DNA of 24,393 nucleotides from a virus (Duplodnaviria; Heunggongvirae; Uroviricota; Caudoviricetes): IMG/VR virus record IMGVR_UViG_2740892232_000011; one strand, 5' to 3'. Shown piece by piece: positions 7,911 to 15,169 of this stretch (position 1 is its first letter; each line of letters starts with the position of its first letter). The notes under the pieces were generated by a model. It saw only the letters and a program-made list of their open reading frames with translations, ran no database searches and was not told where the DNA came from. The position numbers and the translations under genes were made by a program.

Positions 7911-7925
7911 CAGGGAAAATAAGTG

Positions 7926-8002
7926 TGGCGCGTTGTACTGGATTCGAACCAGTGACCGATTGCTTAGAAGGCAATTGCTCTGTCCGGCTGAGCTAACAAC
8001 GC
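7926..8002 (-). tRNA. argO: tRNA-Arg (anticodon UCU)
   Basis: Hand-folded 77-nt cloverleaf: acceptor GCGTTGT/ACAACGC, D-arm GCTC..GAGC, anticodon stem ATTGC/GCAAT with loop CTTCTAA, T-arm ACTGG-TTCGAAT-CCAGT, encoded CCA. Symbol assigned by order in the ileZ-argN-argO cluster of Stx-type phages (memory). Confidence 0.8.
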
Positions 8003-8015
8003 AGGATACAGATAA

Positions 8016-8092
8016 TGGACCGCCTTCGGGGACCCGAACTCCGCGCAACCAGCTTCGAAAGCTGGCGCTCTTTCCTGATGAGCTAATGGCGG
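8016..8092 (-). tRNA. argN: tRNA-Arg (anticodon UCG), with imperfect acceptor and T stems
   Basis: Perfect anticodon stem CCAGC/GCTGG with loop TTTCGAA; D-stem GCTC/GAGC; encoded CCA. One A-A mismatch in the acceptor stem, one mismatch in the T stem, and T-loop TTCGGGT is non-canonical. Possibly a degenerate or specialised tRNA. Confidence 0.6.
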
Positions 8093-8099
8093 TATGTGA

Positions 8100-8175
8100 T
8101 GGTGGCCCTTGCTGGATTTGAACCAGCGACCTGGCGATTATGAGTCGCTCGCTCTCACCACTGAGCTAAAGGGCC
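8100..8175 (-). tRNA. ileZ: tRNA-Ile2 (anticodon CAU, ileX-like; lysidine-dependent AUA decoder)
   Basis: 76 nt, GGCCCTTTAGCTCAGTGGTGAGAGC...CTCATAA...GGTTCAAATCCAGCAAGGGCCACCA. Near-identical in pattern to E. coli ileX as I recall it. Could alternatively be annotated tRNA-Met by anticodon alone. Confidence 0.8.
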
Positions 8176-8224
8176 GGGAGCAGAATAATAATGGTGCGTA
8201 ATTAATTCTGCAATCTCATCCGTT

Positions 8225-9274
8225 TCAAACGATTAAATCCTGAACTTCCCTGACTGTCTGCTCAAAACGTCCGGTCTCCAGTTCAACGCCAATCGCACGA
8301 CGCCCGAGCGCCAGTGTCACTTTTACCGTTGAACCTGAGCCCATAAAAAAATCTGCAACCAGGTCACCCGGACGACTGCTTGCGCTGATTATCTGCTGCA
8401 GCATTTCTGCCGGTTTTTCGCACGGATGTTTCCCGGGATAGAACTGCACCGGTTTATGTGTCCACACATCCGTGTACGGCACCTGCGCCGTCACACCAAA
8501 ATACCGCCGCAGATGCTTATATTCACTCTGCAGCTCCACATACTGCCGGTTCAGTGACGTATACGTATCCACCAGCTGGTGGTGGGGCTTTTCCAGTTCA
8601 CCGCGCTGATGTTTCTCTTCTGCCACCCGGGCAAACAGCGACTGTAATTTCAGATAATCGCTTTCGTTCGGTAGCTGCCACTGACTGGCACTGAACCAGT
8701 GCGACACCATGTTTTTCTTTCCTGTGGCATCTGCAATCTGTTTTGCCGTTATCCCCAGGGCAGCGCGCGCATCACGAAAGTAAGAAATCAGCGGGGCCAT
8801 CACATGCTGTTTCAGTGCACTGCCCTTCGCCGCATACCCGGCATCTTTCGGACGATACGGCCCCTGATAATGTTCCGCGAACAGAATGCGCTCTGTGGCG
8901 GGGAAATACGCCCGCAGGCTTTCCTTGTTGCATCCGTTCCAGCGTCCGGACGGCTTCGCCCAGATAATATGGTTCAGCACACTGAAGCGTTCACGCATCA
9001 TGATTTCGATATCAGATGCCAGGCGATGACCACAGAACAGGTAAAGACTTCCGACAGGTTTCAGCACCCGCCAGAACTGCGCCAGACACTGGTCCAGCCA
9101 CTTCAGGTAATCATCGTCGCCCTTCCACTGGTTATCCCAGCCCTCAGGCTTCACTTTAAAGTACGGCGGGTCCGTGACTATCAGGTCAACAGAATTTTCG
9201 GGTAACGACCGGATAAATTCCAGGCAGTCGGCGTTGATTAACTCACAACTGGATATTTTTACAGTATTAAGCAT
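8225..9274 (-). CDS. DNA N6-adenine methyltransferase, beta-class (orphan, no cognate restriction gene in window)
   Basis: 349 aa; motif IV DPPY (LIVTDPPYF) near N-terminus and AdoMet-binding motif I FxGSGST (FFMGSGST) near C-terminus. DPPY rather than SPPY favours N6-adenine over N4-cytosine. Confidence 0.8.
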   Translation of the reverse strand: MLNTVKISSCELINADCLEFIRSLPENSVDLIVTDPPYFKVKPEGWDNQWKGDDDYLKWLDQCLAQFWRVLKPVGSLYLFCGHRLASDIEIMMRERFSVLNHIIWAKPSGRWNGCNKESLRAYFPATERILFAEHYQGPYRPKDAGYAAKGSALKQHVMAPLISYFRDARAALGITAKQIADATGKKNMVSHWFSASQWQLPNESDYLKLQSLFARVAEEKHQRGELEKPHHQLVDTYTSLNRQYVELQSEYKHLRRYFGVTAQVPYTDVWTHKPVQFYPGKHPCEKPAEMLQQIISASSRPGDLVADFFMGSGSTVKVTLALGRRAIGVELETGRFEQTVREVQDLIV

Positions 9275-9410
9275 GGATCATTAAGCCTGTCTCTGATAGG
9301 CTCATTCTGCTTTTGCGCAAAGCAGTGGGCCTGAGGTTTGCTTGTGAACCCAACGCATGAGCAGATGGCTGGTAAGTGCCCCTAACACCCACCAGCCGCC
9401 CATTTACCAC

Positions 9411-9438
9411 AAATAAAAAAGCCTTCACTGCGGAAGGC
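9411..9438 (-). terminator. Strong intrinsic terminator after the small winged-helix-like gene
   Basis: Minus strand: GCCTTC-cgcagt-GAAGGC-TTTTTTATTT; the gene's stop codon lies within the stem. Confidence 0.65.
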
Positions 9439-9622
9439 GTCTGTAACAACCGAACTGATAGTCTGCCAGACCCGCCATAACCAGCTGAGTCAGTATTAAC
9501 TGGCAGCGTTCGCGTGAAAGGTAAGTATTCTGCGCTATCTCCCCGACTGTCGCCGGTTCGGTAACGCTTAATTCATTAAACACCACTCTGGCGGTTTCTG
9601 TCATATCCTGCTGTTTTAGCAT
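9425..9622 (-). CDS. Small putative DNA-binding protein (65 aa, winged-helix-like)
   Basis: ATG at 9620-9622 with AGGA-type RBS (AAGGAAAAAGAC-ATG); MLKQQDMTETARVVFNELSVTEPATVGEIAQNTYLSRERCQLILTQLVMAGLADYQFGCYRRLPQ. Track ORF extends upstream to 9709 but that part has no RBS. Confidence 0.45.
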   Translation of the reverse strand: MLKQQDMTETARVVFNELSVTEPATVGEIAQNTYLSRERCQLILTQLVMAGLADYQFGCYRRLPQ

Positions 9623-9744
9623 GTCTTTTTCCTTTTTCCGGTTAACGTGACATACCAATAACTCTTGTCGAAAAAGCCAGCAAGCTGAAAGACCCGTATT
9701 CGCAACCACCAGCGTGTTTACTGTACTGACGCGATTTTGGGCAT

Positions 9745-9775
9745 AAAAAAAAACCGCCTGACGGCAGTTTTTTTT
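9745..9775. terminator. Bidirectional terminator-like hairpin just downstream of Q (candidate tR'-like site)
   Basis: A9-CCGCCTGACGGCAG-T8 on plus; on minus CTGCC-gtca-GGCGG-T9. A TATAAA -10-like hexamer sits about 50 nt upstream on the minus strand right after the Q stop. Confidence 0.4.
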
Positions 9776-9836
9776 CTTACTTTGCCATCGCGTACAAAAT
9801 CGGCAAAATATCAGATTTATACGAAACGTACGCTAT

Positions 9837-10526
9837 TTAATTGACTTTTGCAATATCTCGTCGTGAAAAAGTCGCTTTTTGTTGCGCTCTTATTTTCACG
9901 GTGCAAATCACAGATTCTCTATCGAGACTCTTAAAAATATCGCACATCTCACGCCAGTAGTTCGCATAATTATGGCTCCAGTTATCAGGCTTAACTCCAC
10001 ACAGTCTGGCAAGCTCCTGTCTCTGGTAGACCTCACACCCGGTAATCCATCCTCTGACATCCTGTGCCGCCAGCCAGATCAACTTCTTCACGCGCTCCTG
10101 CGTTTTCCCTGCAATTTTTCTGGTGCCGTACCGGGTTTTAAATTCATTCCACACCCACTGCGTTATCGCGATCTGATATTCCCAACAAATACTCCCGCTG
10201 TAACACCACAACAACCAGGCTTTATGATGTTCTTCAAGAGACAGAACAGCCCGCCGCCACGATGATGTCGAAAACTCAACCGGACTGACGAGAGGAATTG
10301 ACACCCCCTTCGCCAGCGATTGCTTTCCCGGGATTGGTGGATTATCCCGCGTTATCATTTTTCCAGTCACTTCATCGCGGTACCGGATTTTTTTACGCCT
10401 GTAACGCCCTGTATCAAACATGGCATTCTCCTGCCAGGCCTCAAGCTGCCCTTTTGTTGATCCACTCAAATCGGCGGTGGCAATCATGAGTTGCTCACGA
10501 ACAAACTGTAAATACTGGTTATTCAT
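9837..10526 (-). CDS. Late-gene antiterminator Q (phage 82/QuuQ-like type, not lambda-Q type)
   Basis: 229 aa; start overlaps rusA stop (ATGA); last gene before the late/accessory region. Contains YSGS..W..QIAITQWVWNEF and ARLCGVKPDNWS blocks that I associate with 82-type Q proteins. Family recall is approximate; position is the stronger evidence. Confidence 0.65.
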   Translation of the reverse strand: MNNQYLQFVREQLMIATADLSGSTKGQLEAWQENAMFDTGRYRRKKIRYRDEVTGKMITRDNPPIPGKQSLAKGVSIPLVSPVEFSTSSWRRAVLSLEEHHKAWLLWCYSGSICWEYQIAITQWVWNEFKTRYGTRKIAGKTQERVKKLIWLAAQDVRGWITGCEVYQRQELARLCGVKPDNWSHNYANYWREMCDIFKSLDRESVICTVKIRAQQKATFSRRDIAKVN

Positions 10527-10888
10527 GCGTACTCCAGTTCTGTGATTTTTATCCCCAACCGCCCACCAGGAACAAGCTGACCGCGCACAATATTAATTTC
10601 ATCAAACTGCTCGTCGTCTATGAGCAGCCCCGCATGCGTCAGTACATCCAGTGGTGCCTTCAGGATATTGTCCAGGTCACGACGGCGCTTATCCGGTGGC
10701 TCTGCAATAATTTCTATTGCCGGCCTTCCGGACAGGTTTAATTTCAGTTGCTGCTGGCGAACAATAAGCGCCACATCACGGCGATAACGCTCACCGACTT
10801 TTGATACAAAATATGTGCTGCCACGACGTCGCCAGTAAGTGTTCACCGTTGGCGGGTAAGGCAAAACAAATTCTATGCGTTCAGTCAT
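10523..10888 (-). CDS. rusA: Holliday-junction resolvase RusA
   Basis: 121 aa; LPYPPTVNTYWRRRG..., PDKRRRDLDNILKAPLDVLTHAGLLIDDEQ..., GGRLGIKITE matches the RusA pattern (E. coli RusA ~120 aa). Confidence 0.9.
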   Translation of the reverse strand: MTERIEFVLPYPPTVNTYWRRRGSTYFVSKVGERYRRDVALIVRQQQLKLNLSGRPAIEIIAEPPDKRRRDLDNILKAPLDVLTHAGLLIDDEQFDEINIVRGQLVPGGRLGIKITELEYA

Positions 10889-11944
10889 TTATGCTTTCCA
10901 CTTCAGAACACCCGAATTTCTCGCGTGCATTAAAAAACGAATCAGCAACAACAGCTGGCTGCCGTGTTTTTCTTCAAAATCTTTTACCCCGGCGTGTAGT
11001 TCGCTATGGCATTTACGGCACAGCGGAATAACAAACAAATCATCAGCCTTTGTTCCCATCCCTCCCAGTCCATGACCAATGATGTGATGCGGATCATCTG
11101 CCTGATTGCCACACGTCATGCATTTCTGCGTTTTTACCCAGCGCGTGTATACAGGCATCTCTTCCCGTTGTGATTTCTGGCGCTGGAGATACTGAGCCGG
11201 TGACTCCGGATCAACGGCAATGCTGACCACCGTCTTTTCCTGTGGCGGGTTTTGCTGGTGGGCGTGAGGCAGCGGCGCAAGATTTTTTGTGCGCTGCTTC
11301 AGTATGCTGGTGGCGGTCTGCTCTCCCGGTACGATGTCGCTTTCACGGTACATTGAGCGGATTTTTTCCGCACGCAACCCCAGCGAACGACGTAATACCG
11401 CTTCCGGTAGCGCGTCCGCCACCTGATTGCGGACCGCCCACCAGGATAATTCAGCCAGCGATAATTCCCGTTCCTGCGAGCCATTCATTGCATGGCGTAT
11501 GACGTCAATCATCCATGCAGACAGGTTTTGGTGAGCAAGTTGCCCGAGTGATTCGGAGGTCTGGTCGCGCAGCTGGTTATCGCAGTGCCAGCACAACACC
11601 ATTGCGCCGGTACCATAACGGTGAATGACGGTTTCACTGTGGTGATAATCGCCGTGTGGCCACTGGCAGGATTTAACATGGCGCAGTAACCAGTCAGACA
11701 ATGCGCCAGCACCACCAGCAGCACGAATCACTCGTTCGTCGCTGAAAAATGGCAGTAATGATTTATCCTCCGCCAGCGGCTGGCGAACGGCAGGAACGAC
11801 CCCGGACGGCAGATTACGCATGCTTTTCGGTTCCGGCTCCACCAGTACCCGGGTATTGTGGAATACCGGCATGGATTCACGGCCCGGCTTAACGATCACC
11901 AGCCCGAGTTCCGGTACCAGAACAGGTCGAAGTAATACCCGCAC
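10889..11944 (-). CDS. DUF968/YdfU-like protein with C-terminal HNH-like zinc-finger motif
   Basis: 351 aa (GTG start in track; true start may be an internal Met). C-terminal CMTCGNQADDPHHIIGHGLGGMGTKADDLFVIPLCRKCHSELH is an HNH/Cys-His pattern. Position immediately upstream of rusA/Q matches Qin ydfU (memory). Confidence 0.55.
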   Translation of the reverse strand: MRVLLRPVLVPELGLVIVKPGRESMPVFHNTRVLVEPEPKSMRNLPSGVVPAVRQPLAEDKSLLPFFSDERVIRAAGGAGALSDWLLRHVKSCQWPHGDYHHSETVIHRYGTGAMVLCWHCDNQLRDQTSESLGQLAHQNLSAWMIDVIRHAMNGSQERELSLAELSWWAVRNQVADALPEAVLRRSLGLRAEKIRSMYRESDIVPGEQTATSILKQRTKNLAPLPHAHQQNPPQEKTVVSIAVDPESPAQYLQRQKSQREEMPVYTRWVKTQKCMTCGNQADDPHHIIGHGLGGMGTKADDLFVIPLCRKCHSELHAGVKDFEEKHGSQLLLLIRFLMHARNSGVLKWKA

Positions 11945-11945
11945 G

Positions 11946-12224
11946 TTACCTCCAGATGCGTTGCTGGAATGTGCGGGACGGACGCGGTGGGCGTTCGGAG
12001 TAAGGAAGCCTGACGGAGATTATCCAGTGACGGTAGTCGAGGCTAAGGGCTTTTTTAACCTCGCATCCGCGCCTGCGGTAACACTGAATGAGCCATTCGG
12101 CCTGTTCTTCAGTGCATGGGGGATGCTGGTACCAGTCTGACTTAAATGCGTGAGAATACCGCTCGTGCGTGTGGGCAAGAACGGTCGAATTATCATGTTT
12201 GTAATATTTTGCGTTGCGTGCCAT
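11946..12224 (-). CDS. Hypothetical nin-region protein (92 aa)
   Basis: ATG with GGAG RBS (CCGGAGAAAACCG-ATG); stop 1 nt before the DUF968 start. No family recognised. Confidence 0.5.
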   Translation of the reverse strand: MARNAKYYKHDNSTVLAHTHERYSHAFKSDWYQHPPCTEEQAEWLIQCYRRRGCEVKKALSLDYRHWIISVRLPYSERPPRPSRTFQQRIWR

Positions 12225-12290
12225 CGGTTTTCTCCGGTGGCACGGTGTTACTCAGCGGGAGTTCAGCCCCGCGCAAGATTGTAGATGAGT

Positions 12291-12542
12291 TTATTCTTCT
12301 GAAAAAGCAGAAAAGCCAGCTTTTATTCCGATCTCTTTCAATACCTGTAATGAAGTGACAAACTCACCGTCGCGCAAGATAAATCCGTCCGTCACTCGGG
12401 CATCCACAAAATTAATTAACGCAGCCCCATTTTTTTGCAAACACACAATGCGGTAATGACTAACAATATTTCCATTTTCAACGCACACAGCATAGAGGCC
12501 ATCTTCACAAAAAATTTTACGCAGTTCTTCGATGTTCATCAT
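12291..12542 (-). CDS. Hypothetical small protein (83 aa); size and position match Rem of Qin
   Basis: Tandem ATGATG start with GGAAGG RBS. Sits between hok and the DUF968 gene as rem does in Qin. Sequence identity to Rem not verified. Confidence 0.5.
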   Translation of the reverse strand: MMNIEELRKIFCEDGLYAVCVENGNIVSHYRIVCLQKNGAALINFVDARVTDGFILRDGEFVTSLQVLKEIGIKAGFSAFSEE

Positions 12543-12654
12543 CAGAATCCTTCCGGATAATTAGCTCTCCCCTTTAAGGGACCATCCCTCTTATCCCTGC
12601 GCGCTACTTAAGTATTTTTGATTCTATTCCGGCACCGTCCAGAACTTCAAACGC

Positions 12655-12690
12655 GTTGAAAATAAAAACAAAAACCCGCCGAAGCGGGTT
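12655..12690 (-). terminator. Intrinsic terminator about 70 nt downstream of hok
   Basis: Minus strand: CCCGC-ttcg-GCGGG followed by TTTTTGTTTTTATTTT. A second inverted repeat GCGAGGGA/TCCCTCGC lies at about 12728-12750, just after the hok stop. Confidence 0.65.
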
Positions 12691-12758
12691 AAGTGCGGGT
12701 GCGTTGAGGATGCCTGTCACATCAGAGGTGGCGAGGGATTTCTCCCTCGCCGGGTCTC

Positions 12759-12914
12759 TTACTCCTCAGGTTCGTAAGCTGTGAAGACAGCGACCTCCGT
12801 CTGGCCGGTTCGGATTCGTACCTCGCAGAGGTCTTTCCTCGTTACCAGTGCCGTCACTATGACGGTTAAACAGATGACGATCAGGGCGATTAACATCGCC
12901 TTTTGCTGCTTCAT
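12759..12914 (-). CDS. hokD: Hok/Gef-family type I toxin (HokD/RelF-like)
   Basis: 51 aa MKQQKAMLIALIVICLTVIVTALVTRKDLCEVRIRTGQTEVAVFTAYEPEE matches HokD as I recall it. ATG with AAGGAGAAG RBS. The 70-aa track ORF is an in-frame upstream extension. Confidence 0.85.
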   Translation of the reverse strand: MKQQKAMLIALIVICLTVIVTALVTRKDLCEVRIRTGQTEVAVFTAYEPEE

Positions 12915-13054
12915 AGCCTGCTTCTCCTTGCCTTTCGGCACGTAAGAGGCTAACCTACATGTGTCTAGCATGAAATTGGCCTCAGATTAATGTTAAGCGT
13001 CTTGCAGGACGCGTAATGTTAACTGGGGCTTTTCTCTATCTGCCTTTGGTGTTC

Positions 13055-13085
13055 GTGCCCGAGGCAGATAGCCTCAAGCACCCGC
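13055..13085. repeat. Left copy of the ~30-bp direct repeat flanking the AT-rich cassette
   Basis: GTGCCCGAGGCAGATAGCCTCAAGCACCCGC; overlaps a 9-bp inverted repeat CTATCTGCC...GGCAGATAG. Similarity to the right copy continues with an indel to about 13135. Confidence 0.8.
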
Positions 13086-13321
13086 CGTGATTCTACAAAA
13101 ACATTACCCACCTTTCCAGCAATTCACAACAACTCCATGCAAATAGTAAGTAGAATAATAAGTTATTAGTATTAGCAATTTACTTAGTTTCTAATTTGTG
13201 CCAATGATTTTCATTTTTGCATGAAAAATACCTTAACATTTTATATTTACTTACTATTTGTAAGCCCCATCAGTTCTTTCTGATGGCGGCTGGTATTTCA
13301 GTTCCAGATATAGTATATGCT

Positions 13322-14350
13322 TTACGCCTTAATAGGGTTAATCACATTTCCGCTATCCGTACCATAGTATTTTTTTGTAGTCATGCCTTGTTTATAATAA
13401 TCATTTAACAGTTTGAGAAAGTTTCTTCCTTGCCTCTCATCTTCTATGACTAATTTACCATGCTCATTGGTCTTAAACTCTTCGTTCTGAAACATTTTTA
13501 GCACATCATTCATAGCTTGAACATCATTCTTTTCCAGAGCCGTATGGTTACCTTTCTCAGCGATATGAGTGAGAATTTTTCTCAGTGATGGCTTATGAAG
13601 AATAGCTTGTTCAATAACATCTAAACCTTCAATAAGATCAAGTTCTTTAATTGTATTTAATGTTTTTTGTGCAGCTTCTGTAAACTCAACCTCCAAGCCT
13701 ACAATAGCCTCAAAACTTTTCTTATGAAATACATAAAATTGATCTTTTATATAAATACAATCGATTTTGTCATCAAAATTGACTGCGCTGCCATCAAATG
13801 ATCTTAACTCTTTATCTGTTTTATCAAACAAAGCGAATACGCGCTGAGTCATATTTTGTGGTTCATTTGTTGTGACTTTCCCCCTGCTGATTTTTCGGAA
13901 AGAATAAGTGACGTCAGCCCCCTTTTGGACTTTAATACAATAGGCCCACAAATCATTCTGAACCTCAGCAAGAGAGGTAAGTACAACTGGTTTATCATTC
14001 TTTATATCGTTATTAATAACTTTTGAAAACGATATCGCGTTATTCATAGCATAGGCATAAATCTTATTATCAATATCATCATCAATAACAGTATACTTTT
14101 TCATCACAATATCATCTTTCGAAGCATGAGAAATAATCTGGTTTGATAAAGTATACTTAAAAAATTTAGCAATATCTGGAGCGATTGGAGCTTTTATGAT
14201 TTTAAAATCGAATTTATCAACAACTCTTGCGGTTCTACTCATACCCGCTTTAAGATGTCTAGTAATGAAATACAACGATATTTTCGCCGCATCATCATCC
14301 TTAAGTTGCTCAGCATACTCTAATAATTCTTCAAGCTTTAACATTTTCAT
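13322..14350 (-). CDS. Cassette gene B: 342-aa soluble protein, candidate defence effector (possibly KwaB-like)
   Basis: ATG overlaps upstream gene stop (ATGA). AT-rich, Lys/Asp/Asn-rich composition unlike surrounding phage genes. No Walker A or obvious nuclease motif seen by eye. Kiwa assignment is by architecture and size only. Confidence 0.8.
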   Translation of the reverse strand: MKMLKLEELLEYAEQLKDDDAAKISLYFITRHLKAGMSRTARVVDKFDFKIIKAPIAPDIAKFFKYTLSNQIISHASKDDIVMKKYTVIDDDIDNKIYAYAMNNAISFSKVINNDIKNDKPVVLTSLAEVQNDLWAYCIKVQKGADVTYSFRKISRGKVTTNEPQNMTQRVFALFDKTDKELRSFDGSAVNFDDKIDCIYIKDQFYVFHKKSFEAIVGLEVEFTEAAQKTLNTIKELDLIEGLDVIEQAILHKPSLRKILTHIAEKGNHTALEKNDVQAMNDVLKMFQNEEFKTNEHGKLVIEDERQGRNFLKLLNDYYKQGMTTKKYYGTDSGNVINPIKA

Positions 14351-14961
14351 TCCTTATGGGATTCAGCATAAAAAAGTTTTGGGCCCACGTCCTCAACATC
14401 AAGAAGATCATCTTCCTCCAAATACTTTGATTTAGTCAAAACCATACCAGTGCGTTTTTTGTCGCTTTCTAAATCCAAATATGTAACTTGATATAAAGTA
14501 TAATTAATACTTATTGTAGGATTTATAAGTATCATGCTTGAATTAATATATATTAAAGCCGTTACCGTTAACAATATTGCTATAGGTATAACATTAGTTA
14601 AAGTGGATAGATCCTGAAATACAAACGGAATTATATATGTAAAAAGATAGCTTATTGATTCATTGTTTTTATTTTCAATATCTATAACTCTTACAGTTCT
14701 ACCACTAGTGGCGCATCGACGTTTTATATTTTTTAAAAAAATTGTTAATCCTACAATACCAAATAATGATAATACACCAATGACACTGACCGCGCCAAAG
14801 TATTTAAAGAAAATAGTTAATGATTCAACACTTATACCTTTCCAATTTAAATAGCTTCTATAAGTATACAATTGCACAAAACACATGATAAAGAATAGGG
14901 GAAGGTATGACACTATAAATAGCGAAACTCTAGCACCTAAATGTAGTTTATTTACTCTCAT
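14347..14961 (-). CDS. Cassette gene A: 204-aa polytopic membrane protein (about 4 TM helices) with acidic C-terminal tail (possibly KwaA-like)
   Basis: Hydrophobic segments VSLFIVSYLPLFFIMCFVQL, FGAVSVIGVLSLFGIVGLTIFL, ISYLFTYIIPFVF, VIPIAILLTVTALIYI; C-terminus LEEDDLLDVEDVGPKLFYAESHKE. Translationally coupled to gene B. Confidence 0.75.
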   Translation of the reverse strand: MRVNKLHLGARVSLFIVSYLPLFFIMCFVQLYTYRSYLNWKGISVESLTIFFKYFGAVSVIGVLSLFGIVGLTIFLKNIKRRCATSGRTVRVIDIENKNNESISYLFTYIIPFVFQDLSTLTNVIPIAILLTVTALIYINSSMILINPTISINYTLYQVTYLDLESDKKRTGMVLTKSKYLEEDDLLDVEDVGPKLFYAESHKE

Positions 14962-15072
14962 AACTACCCCACAGCCTACACGTCTAGTATTTTATGTTAT
15001 TTCGAATAATTATGCATCAGATTACCATCCTACAATTGTGCATAAAACGAGCATTTTGCTGATTTTTCTGCG

Positions 15073-15104
15073 GATGCCTGAGACAGACAACCTCAAGCAC
15101 CCGC
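15073..15104. repeat. Right copy of the direct repeat flanking the AT-rich cassette
   Basis: GATGCCTGAGACAGACAACCTCAAGCACCCGC; 25 of 29 aligned positions identical to the left copy, including an identical 14-bp core CCTCAAGCACCCGC. Confidence 0.8.
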
Positions 15105-15169
15105 AGCAATTTTACTTAACTCCCGCTACCTCGCCAATATGAAATCAATAAGAAAGGTGCTCCATAAAA

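Noticed and set aside
6952-7925. Shiga toxin genes (stxA/stxB) expected between the tRNA cluster and nanS
   Set aside because: No ORF of the required size (~320 aa A subunit, ~90 aa B subunit) on the late strand; the interval is about 1 kb of repeat and hairpin DNA. The prophage is stx-negative in this window.
7492-8121. ORFs 7492-7755 (-), 7743-8048 (-), 7768-7974 (-), 7792-8121 (+)
   Set aside because: They overlap the tRNA genes and terminator hairpins; the tRNA cloverleaves explain this DNA.
8458-9449. Plus-strand ORFs inside the methyltransferase gene and ORF 9267-9449 (-)
   Set aside because: Antisense or overlapping shadow frames; 9267-9449 spans the terminator and intergenic region with no RBS.
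9879-10489. Plus-strand ORFs 9879-10265 and 10298-10489
   Set aside because: Antisense to the Q gene; Pro/Ser-rich low-complexity translation.
12759-12971. 70-aa ORF as a separate mok-type gene
   Set aside because: It is simply the in-frame upstream extension of hok. The strong RBS sits before the internal ATG at 12914, so the 51-aa Hok is the likely product; a true mok would overlap in another frame.
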